Origin: Blastocatellia bacterium
Lineage (GTDB): Bacteria > Acidobacteriota > Blastocatellia > UBA7656
Assembly (NCBI GenBank): GCA_963765495.1
Contig: CAVXWP010000016.1
Coordinates: 32,001 to 96,000 of the forward strand
Length of the DNA stretch: 64,000 nucleotides
Direction of reading: 5' to 3'
Positions 53,425-63,825 of this stretch are shown here, piece after piece. The notes under the pieces are model-generated. The model saw nothing but the letters and a program-made list of their open reading frames with translations. It did not search any database and was not told the origin of the DNA. Each line of letters starts with the position of its first letter. The first letter of the stretch is position 1. The translations under genes and the position numbers were made by a program.

Positions 53425-55824
53425 CTAATTACCGCCGAAACCTTTTATCGTAAACTGCACAGACGAAAAGACGTAGAACAGAAGAATGATGAACAGCCCG
53501 AAGGCAAACAGCAGCGCGTAATTTTGCCAGAACCCCGTCTGAAGCGAGCGCAGGATGAACGAACCTGCCTTCGTTATCCATCCCGTAGCATTTACCGCGC
53601 CATCAATGATCCACTTATCAAAGAATCCGCTCACGCGCGCCCAGAATTTCGTCAGCCAGCCCGAGCCGTTTACCCCACCGTCAACCACCTTTGCGTCAAC
53701 CTGCCACAGCGCGTTGTTTACGGCCTTGCCCGCCTCAACGCCTTTAACATCAAGCAGATAATCCCAGTACCATTTGTTAAAGCTCAAACGGTAGAGCGGG
53801 CGCAAGCGCGCAGCCCAGGCGTCGGGCAACTCCGGGCGTTTGACATAAAAGAGCCGGCCAAGATAAATGCCTCCCGCAGCGATGGCAAGCGATAGCACAA
53901 TCAGCACGTACTCCATCGGATCAACGGGCTCGTGCGCGCCTTCGTTGTGCGCGACGCTCGTCTCTTGAGGAGGAGCCGCCACACCGTGCAGCACTTCGGC
54001 GGCAGCCGCGCGCTCCGCTCCTTCGTGAACATTCACTATCACGGGATCGAGCCAGCGCTCGAACAGATTGATATTGGCCTTGCCGCCCGTGAAGGCGTGC
54101 GATATTCCTATCAGACCTCCTACCACGGAAAAGACCGCAAGCACTATGAGCGGCACGGTCATGCTCGAAGGCGATTCGCGCGGCTCGAAATGAGCGTGCG
54201 AGATGCCGTGAGCATCGAGGCTGTCTGTAGCGTCGTGCGCGCCTACGTGCTCTCCCGGCTCGTGATGAGGCCGATCACCCGCAGAGACGCGCAAGGCATC
54301 GTGCGGGGCCTCGCCCTTGTCGTGCGCCGAGGCGTGAGCCTCGTCGGCTTCGCCCCCGGCGTGGATCTTGCGAAAACGCTCTTCGCCCCAGAAGGTCATC
54401 GCTATGAGCCGCGTCATGTAAAACGCCGTGAGCCCGGCGGTGATAAAACCAACCAGCCACAGGATTTTCCCGCCGCCGAAGACACTCGTCGAAAAGGTCT
54501 TCCACAAAATCTCGTCCTTGGACCAGAAGCCCGCAAACGGGATGATGCCGCAGATCGCAAGCCAGCCCGCGAGCATGGTCTTGTAGGTCGTAGGCATATA
54601 CTTTGCCAGTCCACCCATTCGCGGCATCTCCTGTTCGTGGTGCATGCCGTGAATGACCGAGCCTGAACCAAGAAACAGCAGCGCCTTAAAGAAAGCGTGT
54701 GTGAGGACGTGAAAGATCGCGGCTACAAACGCGCCCACGCCCGCGCCCAGAAACATGTAGCCGAGTTGCGAGACGGTCGAGTAGGCCAGCACCTTCTTGA
54801 TGTCGGTCTGCGTGATTCCTATGGTTGCGGCGATGAAAGCGGTCAGGCATCCGATGAGCGCGACTATCATCATCATCGTCACCGACCGTTGAAAGATGAA
54901 ATTGGTTCGCGTCACCATAAACACGCCCGCCGTGACCATCGTTGCCGCGTGTATCAGCGCGGAAACCGGGGTGGGTCCGGCCATCGCGTCCGGCAGCCAG
55001 ATGTATAGCGGTATCTGCGCGCTCTTGCCCGTAGCGCCTATAAAAAGCCCGAGCGCCAGCCACGACATCAACCCGAACTGCCACAGGTTTTCGACTCCGT
55101 AGGCGGAAGAAGCCCGGGCAACCTCAGAAAACTGCAATGTGCCGAAGGTGGCGAATACGCCCATAATCGCCAGCGCGAAACCGAAATCGCCGATGCGGTT
55201 GACGATAAAAGCCTTCTTCGAAGCGTCTCCGGCCTCCCGCCGGTCGAAGTAATATCCGATCAGCAAATAAGAGCACAGACCAACGCCCTCCCACCCTATA
55301 AACATGATAAGGAAATTCGACCCCATCACGAGCAGCAACATCATGAACATGAAAAGGTTCAGGTAAGAGAAGAAGCGGTAATAGCCCTTGTCGCCGTGCA
55401 TGTAGCCCGTAGCGAATACGTGTATCCAGAAGCCGACAAACGTGACGATAAACATCATCACAAGCGAAAGCTGGTCTATCTGATAGCTCCACTCGATGTT
55501 GAAACTGGCAAGCGTGCCCGCGTGCTCGCCCTGAGTTTCATGCGCCAGCCCGCCCGGAAGCCACGTAAACGAATGAGGGAATCCTGCGTGCTCGCCCGTC
55601 GCCGGGTCGGTGCTTGTGACATAGGGCTTGTCTTCGTGCGCGGGCGCATAATCTGTGGCGTACTGGTAAAACGCTCCCAGCGTGAGCAGCATCGAGAGCA
55701 GTATCACGCCGCAGGCGATAATTGACACAGCGCGCTCGCTGAGCTTCAGCTTGCGTCCGAGCAGAAAGTTGATCAGAAAACCGAGGAGCGGAAAGATTGG
55801 GATGAGCCAGACGAGTTTTAACAT
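53425..55824 (-). CDS. nuoL: NADH-quinone oxidoreductase subunit L
   Basis: GWEGVGLCSYLLIG, GKSAQIPLYIWLPDAMAGPTPVSALIHAATMV, HAFFKALLFL, LQTG. Confidence 0.95.
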   Translation of the reverse strand: MLKLVWLIPIFPLLGFLINFLLGRKLKLSERAVSIIACGVILLSMLLTLGAFYQYATDYAPAHEDKPYVTSTDPATGEHAGFPHSFTWLPGGLAHETQGEHAGTLASFNIEWSYQIDQLSLVMMFIVTFVGFWIHVFATGYMHGDKGYYRFFSYLNLFMFMMLLLVMGSNFLIMFIGWEGVGLCSYLLIGYYFDRREAGDASKKAFIVNRIGDFGFALAIMGVFATFGTLQFSEVARASSAYGVENLWQFGLMSWLALGLFIGATGKSAQIPLYIWLPDAMAGPTPVSALIHAATMVTAGVFMVTRTNFIFQRSVTMMMIVALIGCLTAFIAATIGITQTDIKKVLAYSTVSQLGYMFLGAGVGAFVAAIFHVLTHAFFKALLFLGSGSVIHGMHHEQEMPRMGGLAKYMPTTYKTMLAGWLAICGIIPFAGFWSKDEILWKTFSTSVFGGGKILWLVGFITAGLTAFYMTRLIAMTFWGEERFRKIHAGGEADEAHASAHDKGEAPHDALRVSAGDRPHHEPGEHVGAHDATDSLDAHGISHAHFEPRESPSSMTVPLIVLAVFSVVGGLIGISHAFTGGKANINLFERWLDPVIVNVHEGAERAAAAEVLHGVAAPPQETSVAHNEGAHEPVDPMEYVLIVLSLAIAAGGIYLGRLFYVKRPELPDAWAARLRPLYRLSFNKWYWDYLLDVKGVEAGKAVNNALWQVDAKVVDGGVNGSGWLTKFWARVSGFFDKWIIDGAVNATGWITKAGSFILRSLQTGFWQNYALLFAFGLFIILLFYVFSSVQFTIKGFGGN

Positions 55825-55827
55825 AGT

Positions 55828-55908
55828 AGTTTTGAGTTTTGAGTTTTGAGTTTTGAATTCCGAGCAGAGTCTGTATAACTCAAAACTCAGAACTCAGAAC
55901 TCAAAACT
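55828..55908. repeat. Inverted GAGTTTT/AAAACTC heptamer arrays
   Basis: Between nuoK and nuoL. Confidence 0.75.
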
Positions 55909-55914
55909 GCAAGA

Positions 55915-56343
55915 TTACCATTTAAGCAAATCAATTTCGTCAATCGCTACGGTTTCGCGGTTGCGGAACAGCGATATGACGATGCCCAATCCGACGGCGG
56001 CTTCGGCTGCCGCCACAACTATGATGAATATCGTAAAGACGGGGCCGGTCAGCGTATTCACAGCCAGTCCTTTGGTCGCCAGCGTCGTTTGATTTATCTG
56101 CAAATAGCGCGAAAACGCTATCAGATTCAGATTGACCGCGTTCAGTATCAACTCGATAGACATGAAGATGATTATGATATTGCGGCGCGACAATACGCCT
56201 GCCACTCCCACCACAAACAGCAGGAAACTGAGCATCAGGAAGTTGACAAGCGTAGGCTCGAATCTCTGAAGGATAGACGATCCCTGAGCCTGCATCAGGA
56301 GCGGGGCGGCATAGGCGAGCGTGCCTATGGCAAAACTGATCAC
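55915..56343 (-). CDS. nuoK: NADH-quinone oxidoreductase subunit K (N-terminally extended)
   Basis: [34 protein letters not shown] at 56343 follows GGAGG; alternative ATG at 56295. Confidence 0.92.
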   Translation of the reverse strand: MISFAIGTLAYAAPLLMQAQGSSILQRFEPTLVNFLMLSFLLFVVGVAGVLSRRNIIIIFMSIELILNAVNLNLIAFSRYLQINQTTLATKGLAVNTLTGPVFTIFIIVVAAAEAAVGLGIVISLFRNRETVAIDEIDLLKW

Positions 56344-56358
56344 AGCATCCCTCCATTC

Positions 56359-56488
56359 TGAGGGATGAGGGATGAGGGATGAGGGATGAAAAGGACTGTA
56401 GGGGAACACTCCGGTAAATGGTCAAACCAATTAATCGAATTTGCCCTTAAACTCTTTTTCATCCCTCATCCCTCATCCCTCATCCCTC
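56359..56488. repeat. Inverted AGGGATG/CATCCCT heptamer arrays
   Basis: (gagggat)x4 ... (catccct)x4 between nuoJ and nuoK. Confidence 0.8.
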
Positions 56489-56498
56489 CTGAAATCCC

Positions 56499-57086
56499 TT
56501 ATTCATAAAGCTTTTCCTGTTTGGTCCCGCGCGCAAGCAAAACCGCTCCCACTATTGCCACAAGCAACAGCAAAGAGGCGATCTCGAAGGGCAGCGCGGC
56601 CTGTTTGTAAAGCGATTCACCGACGTTTTGCGTGTCTTTCGATATCGTGCCCGCACCTGCTTCTGATCTCACGCCCGACTGATCTAAGCCCTGTCTCGCC
56701 TCGGCGGTGGTCGGACGAAAAGCAGGTTGCGCCGGATTCATCGCGAAGTAAAACGAGAAGGCGAGCAAAAAAGCTACTATTACGGCCCACCACATCTGCC
56801 CGGTGTAAAGACGCACGCGGGCCTCTTCTTCGGCGCGCGTCTGCACAAGCATGATGACGAACAGAAACAAGACCATTACGCCGCCGACATAGACAAGTAT
56901 CTGGACACCGGCTACGAATTCAGCGCGCAGCAGTATGAACAACAGCGCTACGTTGACCAGAGTAGCGATCAAAAAAAGCGCCGAGTGAACCGCGAGTCGC
57001 GCCGTCACCACAAAGACGCTCATTATCAGCGTCATAAAGGCCAGCACGTAAAAAAGCACCGCTTCCCAACCGTGTAATTGCATCAC
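56499..57086 (-). CDS. nuoJ: NADH-quinone oxidoreductase subunit J
   Basis: HSALFL, AEFVAGVQILVYVGGVMVLFLFVIML, PFEIASLLLLVAIVGA. Confidence 0.95.
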   Translation of the reverse strand: MMQLHGWEAVLFYVLAFMTLIMSVFVVTARLAVHSALFLIATLVNVALLFILLRAEFVAGVQILVYVGGVMVLFLFVIMLVQTRAEEEARVRLYTGQMWWAVIVAFLLAFSFYFAMNPAQPAFRPTTAEARQGLDQSGVRSEAGAGTISKDTQNVGESLYKQAALPFEIASLLLLVAIVGAVLLARGTKQEKLYE

Positions 57087-57151
57087 TTTCCTCGGGGGTC
57101 AGGGGCCAGTGGGAGCGCAAGAGCGTTGCATCCGGCCCCCGACCCCTATTC

Positions 57152-57697
57152 TCATTTTGTGTATCGGACGTAATTGATGCCTTTCTCAAGCATCTCTCTG
57201 TCCCACCGGAACCCTGATCTGTGATATACCGCCAACTCAAAACTCTGCGTCAACTCCAGGCAATCCGTCGGACACGCCTCCGAACATAAATTGCAAAACA
57301 TGCACCTCGACGTATCAAAGGTAAAAGTCGTCAGCACCTTCTTTTTGTTTACCTTCTCTTTGTCCCTAACCTCGCGACGGATAGAGCCTACCTCTATGCA
57401 GTCTACCGGGCAGGCCAGCGCGCACAGGTCGCAGGCTATGCAGAGCGTGCCGCCGGTTTCGGGGTCGAGGTTTAAGCGGGGAGCGCCGCGAAAGCGTTCA
57501 GAGACGCGGGCAGGTTCGAGCGGGTACTGCTCGGTATAGATGGCCTGATTTGGATTGCCGCCGTCGCGAGCTTCGTAGAGGGCGCGGGCGTTGTATTTGA
57601 AAGTGACCGCAAGTCCCTTGAACAGGTCCAGTAACAGAAGCCGACGGATTATCTCGCCAAGCGAGCGTTTCTTTACAGGAGTTGTCGCTAATGCCAT
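57152..57697 (-). CDS. nuoI: NADH-quinone oxidoreductase subunit I
   Basis: TEQYP...RFRG, CIACDLCALACP and CMFCNLCSEACP (two 4Fe-4S motifs). Confidence 0.95.
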   Translation of the reverse strand: MALATTPVKKRSLGEIIRRLLLLDLFKGLAVTFKYNARALYEARDGGNPNQAIYTEQYPLEPARVSERFRGAPRLNLDPETGGTLCIACDLCALACPVDCIEVGSIRREVRDKEKVNKKKVLTTFTFDTSRCMFCNLCSEACPTDCLELTQSFELAVYHRSGFRWDREMLEKGINYVRYTK

Positions 57698-57772
57698 AAA
57701 TTCCCTATCGGAATCAGAAAACCCGAAGAACCGGTCGCCGATTTACCGGCTCCGCCCACAGGTCTCCTATCC

Positions 57773-59092
57773 CTATTCTGCCGCTTCGGCCATCTTGTCG
57801 AGCCGCTCGCGGCGCAGTCTTAGCTGAAGCTGGCGCTGCTCGTGCAGGTTGAAATCCCGCGACCGCCGATTGATCGTCACAAGCACTAACCAGATCAGCG
57901 GAATAGTTATAAGAAAGCCCGTTATGATGAAATACCAGATGCCCGCCCCCGTAGGCACGAGCCGCCCCTTCACATCTTTCATGAAGCCGAGCAACCCGCC
58001 GCTCGATTGCGGCAGCGCCAGCACATACAGGATGCCCGTGAGCACGATATTAGCGAGCCCCGCAGGTATCAGCCATTTCCATCCGATCTCCATCAACTGG
58101 TCATAGCGGTAGCGCGGCCACGTCCATCTGATCCACATATAAGCGTAGATCAAAGCCATGACCTTCGCCATGAAGACCGCCACGCTGACAAAGACAAACG
58201 CGGTTCGATTCTGAATCAGATTAAGACCGGGAAACGACCAGCCGCCTAAAAACAGCGTCACGGCGACTGCCGATGTCACTATCATCGCCGAATACTCGGC
58301 CATAAAAAATAACGCCCATCGGAAACCCGAATACTCCGTGTGATACCCGGCTACGAGTTCGGATTCAGCTTCGGGCAGATCGAAGGGAGCGCGGTTGGTT
58401 TCGCCCAGCGCGCTTATGACGTAAACCAGAAAGCCTACGGGCTGAAAGGCCACATACCACATGCCGTCCGCCTGTTGCGCTTCGACTATGCCCGACATCG
58501 AAAGCGTGCGCGCAAACATCAGAGCGCCGATTATCGAAAGACCCATGCCGACTTCGTAGCTCACCATCTGAGCCGATGACCTGAGCGCGCCAAGCAGCGA
58601 ATACTTCGAATTCGAAGACCATCCCGCAAGCACGAGCCCAAGGACGCTTACCGACGACACGGCCAGAATAAACAGCAACCCGATATTGACGTTTGCTATC
58701 GTAGCCCAGGACGCGCCCCACGGGATGACCGATAAAACGACAAGCGCCGCTACAACCGAGATTATAGGCGCGATCAAAAAGACCGCGCGGTCGGCCTTGA
58801 TCGGGACGATATCTTCCTTCAGCAGCAGCTTGAGCCCGTCGGCGGCCGGCTGGAGCAATCCCCATGGGCCTACGCGCATCGGACCGAGCCGCGCCTGCAT
58901 GAAGGCCGACACCTTGCGCTCGACATAAACCAGATAAGCCACAAGCGTCAGGATCACAAACAGCACTATGATTATCTGTATGAGCGGCCACACGACATAT
59001 TCTGCCCAGAAAACATTTGGCAGCCTTTCATTCGTGAGGCTTCTCACCCAGTCGGGAGCAAGCGCTAAAAACGTTGTTAGAATGCCTGGCAT
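57773..59092 (-). CDS. nuoH: NADH-quinone oxidoreductase subunit H (C-terminally extended)
   Basis: ERKVSAFMQARLGP, ADGLKLLLKED, ETNRAPFDLPEAESELVAGYHTEYS, PRYRYDQLM. Confidence 0.95.
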   Translation of the reverse strand: MPGILTTFLALAPDWVRSLTNERLPNVFWAEYVVWPLIQIIIVLFVILTLVAYLVYVERKVSAFMQARLGPMRVGPWGLLQPAADGLKLLLKEDIVPIKADRAVFLIAPIISVVAALVVLSVIPWGASWATIANVNIGLLFILAVSSVSVLGLVLAGWSSNSKYSLLGALRSSAQMVSYEVGMGLSIIGALMFARTLSMSGIVEAQQADGMWYVAFQPVGFLVYVISALGETNRAPFDLPEAESELVAGYHTEYSGFRWALFFMAEYSAMIVTSAVAVTLFLGGWSFPGLNLIQNRTAFVFVSVAVFMAKVMALIYAYMWIRWTWPRYRYDQLMEIGWKWLIPAGLANIVLTGILYVLALPQSSGGLLGFMKDVKGRLVPTGAGIWYFIITGFLITIPLIWLVLVTINRRSRDFNLHEQRQLQLRLRRERLDKMAEAAE

Positions 59093-59100
59093 ATTTGACC

Positions 59101-59222
59101 TGATGCGTGATGCGTAATTCGTGATGCGTAATTCGTGACGCGTGATTCGTGATTTTCAGGCGATTGACTTTTTATCGCCCGAACCGTCTTTTGCACGGCT
59201 CACGCATCACGCGTCACGCATC
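59101..59222. repeat. Inverted TGCGTGA/TCACGCA heptamer arrays
   Basis: Between nuoD and nuoH, where nuoEFG normally sit. Confidence 0.75.
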
Positions 59223-59227
59223 GTTAT

Positions 59228-60361
59228 TTACCTGTCAACTTCGCCCAGCACGATGTCTATCGTGCCGATGATGGCAACTACGTCGGCAACCAGATGGCCT
59301 ATCGCCATGCGCTTTAGAGATTGCAGATTTATGTATGACGGCGGGCGAATACGCATGCGATAAGGCTTGCCTGTGCCGTCGCTCACCAGATAGACGCCCA
59401 GTTCGCCCTTTGGCGCTTCTATAGGATAATAGACCTCGCCCACGGGCGGCTTTATCACCTTCGACACCTTGGCCATGACTGGGCCTTCCGGCAGCCCGTC
59501 AAGCGCCTGCTCGATAATCCTGACCGATTGCCGCATCTCTTCCATACGCACAAGGTAACGGTCATATGTATCGCCGTTTTCGCCTAGCGGTATATCGAAA
59601 TCGAACTCCGAATAAGCCGAATAAGGCTGCGCCTTGCGCACGTCGTAATTGACGCCCGAGCCGCGCAGAACGGGACCGGTCATGCTGAGGTTTATAGCCT
59701 CCTCGCCCGACAGCACCCCGATGCCTACGGTGCGGCTGAGCCAGATGCGATTCGTGTTGAGCAGGGTTTCGTATTCGTCTATGCGGCCCGGAAGTATCTT
59801 CAGGAAATCGCGCACCCTTGTCTCAAATTCAGGATAAGCATCCCACCAGAGGCCGCCTATGCGAAACGCGTGCGCCGTGAGCCGCGCCCCTATGAAGTCC
59901 TCGAATATCTTCAATATCTCTTCGCGCTCGCGGAAGCAGTAGAGCAAAACCGTCACCGCGCCTATGTCTATCGCGTGAGTGCCAAGCCATAGAAGGTGGG
60001 AAGCGATGCGCTGAAGCTCTGTGAGAATGACGCGCAGGTATTCGGCGCGGCGCGGCACTTCTACCTGCAAGAGTTTCTCCACGCCTCCAACATAACAGAG
60101 ATCACCCGACACGGCGGCTACATAATCAAGCCGGTCCCAGTAGGGCGTTATCATAGCGTATGTGTCGTGCTCGGCGATCTTTTCCACGCCCCTGTGCAGG
60201 TAGCCTATGTCGCAATCGAGGTCTGTGACCGTCTCGCCGTCAAGCTTCAGCAACACGCGCAGCACTCCGTGAGTGCTCGGGTGCTGCGGCCCCATGTTAA
60301 GCACCATCTCTTCGGTATCGAAGAGCGTTTCCTGATTTCTTACTGCATCTTGCTCTTGCAT
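59228..60361 (-). CDS. nuoD: NADH-quinone oxidoreductase subunit D
   Basis: [44 protein letters not shown]; no NiFe-binding CxxC. Confidence 0.96.
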   Translation of the reverse strand: MQEQDAVRNQETLFDTEEMVLNMGPQHPSTHGVLRVLLKLDGETVTDLDCDIGYLHRGVEKIAEHDTYAMITPYWDRLDYVAAVSGDLCYVGGVEKLLQVEVPRRAEYLRVILTELQRIASHLLWLGTHAIDIGAVTVLLYCFREREEILKIFEDFIGARLTAHAFRIGGLWWDAYPEFETRVRDFLKILPGRIDEYETLLNTNRIWLSRTVGIGVLSGEEAINLSMTGPVLRGSGVNYDVRKAQPYSAYSEFDFDIPLGENGDTYDRYLVRMEEMRQSVRIIEQALDGLPEGPVMAKVSKVIKPPVGEVYYPIEAPKGELGVYLVSDGTGKPYRMRIRPPSYINLQSLKRMAIGHLVADVVAIIGTIDIVLGEVDR

Positions 60362-60369
60362 ATCTTTAT

Positions 60370-60426
60370 GGGGGTCGGGGGTCGGGGGCCAGGGGCCGGT
60401 TTTTTCGGCCTTGACTCCTACCCCTG
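60370..60426. repeat. Inverted GGGG(T/C)C(G/A)-type heptamer arrays
   Basis: ggggtcgggggtcgggggccaggggccgg ... ggccttgactccctacccct; same family at 57093-57148 and 16660-16728. Confidence 0.6.
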
Positions 60427-60437
60427 ATTGTTAGCCC

Positions 60438-61559
60438 TTACCGTCTTTCAGCATACTTCACATCTATCAGGCTCGTGTCGTAATCGACCTCTCGATAGTC
60501 GAGATGTTTATCGGTCCATTCGTTGTCGCGATACTCTATCGGGTAATCTTTGCGAAGCGGATAACCGGGCCAGTCGGGCGGCATAAGTATACGGCGCAGG
60601 TCCGGGTGGCCTTCAAATCGTATGCCGAACATATCAAAGACCTCGCGTTCCATCCAGTCTGCGCCCGCCCAGATCGAAACGACGCTCGGAGCGGCCTCGC
60701 CTTCGGCGATAGCCGTCTTGACGCGCAGCCTCCGGTTTTTCGGCACGGAATAAAGGTTCACGACTATATCGAACTCCTGTCCGGCGCGCTCCGGCCAGTG
60801 AATCGCCGTCAAATCCGAACACATGTCAAAAAGCGATTCGCTGTCGTCGTGCAGGAAGCGGCAAAGTTCGAGGTAAGACGAGTTTTTGACAACCACGATC
60901 TGCTGAGAGTGAGTGGCCACGGTTTCGGTTATCGCGTCTTTGAACTTCTGCTTTAATCGGTCGATGAGCGGATCGTCTGTGATCTCTACGGTGACGACCG
61001 GCCCCTTTTTCGGCGGCGGCCTTGGCGGCGCGTGACCGGCTGCCCCGGCGGCTTTTGGAGGCGCGGGCCTCCCGGCAGCGGGCGCGCGTGGCGGCGGCGC
61101 GGGCTTTGCAGCAGCGGCCTCTTTTGGTGCTGCCTCTTTTGATGGAGCCTCTGCCGTTGGAGCCTCTTTTTGAGGAGTCTCTTTTTGAGGAGTCTCTTTT
61201 TGAGGAGTCTCGGGCTTGCCCTCTTCGGAAGCGCCTTCGATTGTGGGCGTAAGCGAAGGTTTTTCCACACCGGGCAACGCCTGTTCGACCTTGGCTTCGG
61301 TTCTGGGTTTCTCTCCGAGTGGGAGCGTGGGCTTGATCTTTGCCTCAAGCTCTTCGGCCGGGTGCTCGCTTCCGGCAATGGCAGGAAGCGGAAGAGTCTG
61401 TTCGGGAACTGGTGCGCCTACCTCTTCTTTGGCATCCTTGCCCGCCGCTTCGGGAGGTTTTGGCAGAGACGCCATCTCTCTCGTCTTTTCGGCTTGTTCC
61501 TCTTCGCGCCCTTTGTCACTCGGCTGATTTTCCGATGTATCCTTGGATTCGTCTGACAT
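60438..61559 (-). CDS. nuoC: NADH-quinone oxidoreductase subunit C with long low-complexity N-terminal extension
   Basis: [31 protein letters not shown]; first ~190 aa are E/P/A/K-rich. Confidence 0.93.
   Translation of the reverse strand: MSDESKDTSENQPSDKGREEEQAEKTREMASLPKPPEAAGKDAKEEVGAPVPEQTLPLPAIAGSEHPAEELEAKIKPTLPLGEKPRTEAKVEQALPGVEKPSLTPTIEGASEEGKPETPQKETPQKETPQKEAPTAEAPSKEAAPKEAAAAKPAPPPRAPAAGRPAPPKAAGAAGHAPPRPPPKKGPVVTVEITDDPLIDRLKQKFKDAITETVATHSQQIVVVKNSSYLELCRFLHDDSESLFDMCSDLTAIHWPERAGQEFDIVVNLYSVPKNRRLRVKTAIAEGEAAPSVVSIWAGADWMEREVFDMFGIRFEGHPDLRRILMPPDWPGYPLRKDYPIEYRDNEWTDKHLDYREVDYDTSLIDVKYAERR
61167..61211. repeat. In-frame 15-bp tandem repeat x3 (ETPQK) in nuoC
   Basis: tttttgaggagtctc x3 with degenerate neighbours. 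Confidence 0.85.
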
Positions 61560-61667
61560 TTTAATGTAACCCGAAACACGGCGCGCAGGCATCTAGCGTG
61601 CGCGCTGTAACTATTAGAGCTTCGTATGTGACTTCTCTAAGAAAAGATTTTGCTGCCAGCCGGAATG

Positions 61668-61697
61668 CTTTTAGCACAGGGGTCAAAGCGTTGTCAA
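61668..61697 (-). promoter_or_regulatory. Putative sigma70 promoter of the nuoC-N cluster
   Basis: Minus strand TTGACA-18 bp-TAAAAG with a TG extension. Confidence 0.35.
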
Positions 61698-61750
61698 TCT
61701 GAGCGTTAGAAGGTGTGGCAAATCAATGCGAGTAAAGGCAATTACACGGC

Positions 61751-63070
61751 TCAGGCGCTTACAGGAATCTTGCTCGCCTCTTTGCCGCGTTTTTCGTCTA
61801 CGAACGCAAGCAAGATCATGCCCACGACAAAAAACGCGCCTATAGACAAAATAGCCGGGCGCTGGTTGCCGGTCAGGTTCGAAACGGTTCCGAATATGAT
61901 CGGGCCGAGGAAGGCCAGCGCCTTGCCCGCTATTCCCAGAAAACCGAAAAACTCGGCTGAGTTCTCTTTTGGCGTAAACAGCGCAAGCAGGCTGCGCGTG
62001 ACCGACTGGCACGAGCCTATGCCTAAACCGGCAAGCGCCGCCACAACATAAAAGCTTGTCTTTGAATAAGAGAAGTATGCCAGCACAACGGCGGCAATCC
62101 ATATTGTGAGCGAAATAAATATAGTCCGTTTCTGCCCTATGCGGTCGGCAATAAATCCGAACGAGAAAGCGCCCGCAGCCGCGACCACGTTCATGGCTAT
62201 AAACATAACGGTGATCTCGGTAGTCGTAAATCCTATGGTCTCGCTCGCATAAAGCGCGGCGAAATATATCACCGTCACGATGCCGTCATTGTATACAAGA
62301 AAAGCTATGAGGAGTTTAAAGAGTTCACTGTAGCGGCGAATATGACCAAATGTTTGCTTGATCTGGCGAAACCCTACGGTGAGGTAACTCTGGCCCGGCG
62401 GCAGCGTTTGAGCCACGCTGCGGTCGCGGAGAAATAAGAATGTCGGGATGACGGCTACGGAGTAATAGACGGCCACGACAACCGGGATAAGCCGGGCGAG
62501 CGATAGTTGTTCAGAGGTCGGATTTTCAACTATGTTTCCCACCAGAGGCAGACACAATGCTGTGGCTACAAGACCGCTCGCGTACCCCATGCCCCATTTC
62601 AAACCGGAGATTCGACCCGCGTTTGATTCATTCGAGATGCCCGGCAGAAAGCTGTCAATGAATACGCCGCCGCCTGCAAATCCTATGTTGGCGATTATGT
62701 AGAGCGCAAGCCCGAGCGCCACCATTCCCGGCCCTACGAAATAAAGGGTCGCCGTAAAAAAGACTATCGTCAGTGCGCAAAAGCCCAGAAACTTTTTGCG
62801 ACTGCCCGAGAAATCGGCTATCGCTCCGAGTATCGGCGCAAGCAACGCCACTACGACTTCCGAAACGGAGGCCGCAAGCCCCCAGAGGAAATCGGCGTTG
62901 AATCCCCAGGGTCGGGATTCCCCTACGACGATCTTGCTGAAGTAAGGCGCATAGAGCGCGGTTACGATGACGGTAGTAAAAGCCGAATCCGCCACGTCAT
63001 ACATGCACCATCCGAGGATTTCTTTTTTGGTGACGGGCGGTGCGCCGGCCAGTTCAGTGCTTGTTGCCAT
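61751..63070 (-). CDS. MFS transporter (UMF1/Atg22-like)
   Basis: GWCMYDVADSAF, LAPILGAIAD, YNDGIVT, QSVTRS, AEFFGF; about 12 TM helices. Confidence 0.9.
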   Translation of the reverse strand: MATSTELAGAPPVTKKEILGWCMYDVADSAFTTVIVTALYAPYFSKIVVGESRPWGFNADFLWGLAASVSEVVVALLAPILGAIADFSGSRKKFLGFCALTIVFFTATLYFVGPGMVALGLALYIIANIGFAGGGVFIDSFLPGISNESNAGRISGLKWGMGYASGLVATALCLPLVGNIVENPTSEQLSLARLIPVVVAVYYSVAVIPTFLFLRDRSVAQTLPPGQSYLTVGFRQIKQTFGHIRRYSELFKLLIAFLVYNDGIVTVIYFAALYASETIGFTTTEITVMFIAMNVVAAAGAFSFGFIADRIGQKRTIFISLTIWIAAVVLAYFSYSKTSFYVVAALAGLGIGSCQSVTRSLLALFTPKENSAEFFGFLGIAGKALAFLGPIIFGTVSNLTGNQRPAILSIGAFFVVGMILLAFVDEKRGKEASKIPVSA

Positions 63071-63158
63071 TCAGGAATCCGCGCTGCGATTATAGGAATT
63101 TAAACAAAAATCGGCCCTGCAATCCTGCTGGTTGCTGCTTACTGCTTACTGCCTGCCG

Positions 63159-63746
63159 CTACTTCGAGGGCGCGTAATAAGGGTTTTGACCCGACTGATG
63201 ATCGGTCGTATCGAGCACTTCGCGCACCTGCGGCACGTGCTCGCGGATCAACCGCTCGACTCCCATCTTCAGGGTGACATCGGCTGCGCCGCAGCCCTGA
63301 CATCCGCCGCCCATTCTTATGTAGACGTTGTCATCCTGCACGTCAAGCAACTCTACGAATCCGCCGTGAGACGCCACTCCGGGGTTGATCTGTTCATCTA
63401 GCACCTGCTGGACCCTCTGCCTTACCGCTTCTGAGGGCAGGCGGTCGCCTTCGGTAATTTCGGGCGGCGGGTTGAGGTGATAGCGAATCGCAGTTCCAAT
63501 ACGCTTCCCGATCTGTCGCCAGTCCTGACCGCCCTGCTGAGTGACCGACACCTGATTGTTGTCGACCTCTACTTTGGCGATGCCGGGAATCTTGAAAATC
63601 CTGTCGGCCAGATCGTTCTCTTTGGCATCATTCGGGTTGTCGAAAGCCGCCGAACCCTCATAGACGGGCCGGTCAACCGTAAAGTGGCAGACCTTTATGT
63701 CTTGCTGGTCTACGCTGGCTCTGATTTGAATATTGTCTGCGCTCAT
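63159..63746 (-). CDS. NifU/Nfu-family Fe-S cluster carrier
   Basis: N-terminal Nfu_N-like domain; INPGVASHGG, GGGCQGC, TDHQSGQNPYY. Confidence 0.9.
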   Translation of the reverse strand: MSADNIQIRASVDQQDIKVCHFTVDRPVYEGSAAFDNPNDAKENDLADRIFKIPGIAKVEVDNNQVSVTQQGGQDWRQIGKRIGTAIRYHLNPPPEITEGDRLPSEAVRQRVQQVLDEQINPGVASHGGFVELLDVQDDNVYIRMGGGCQGCGAADVTLKMGVERLIREHVPQVREVLDTTDHQSGQNPYYAPSK

Positions 63747-63825
63747 TGTTGAAATCCTCCCTCGCTTATTCTACAGGGATGCAGGCGAAAGGCAAAAGCA
63801 AAAAGAGATTAGGTAAGAGTTCAGC

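Noticed and set aside
59228-60361. Group 4 NiFe hydrogenase as the reason nuoEFG are absent
   Set aside because: The large subunit lacks both CxxC motifs and keeps the quinone-site His and Tyr of NuoD.
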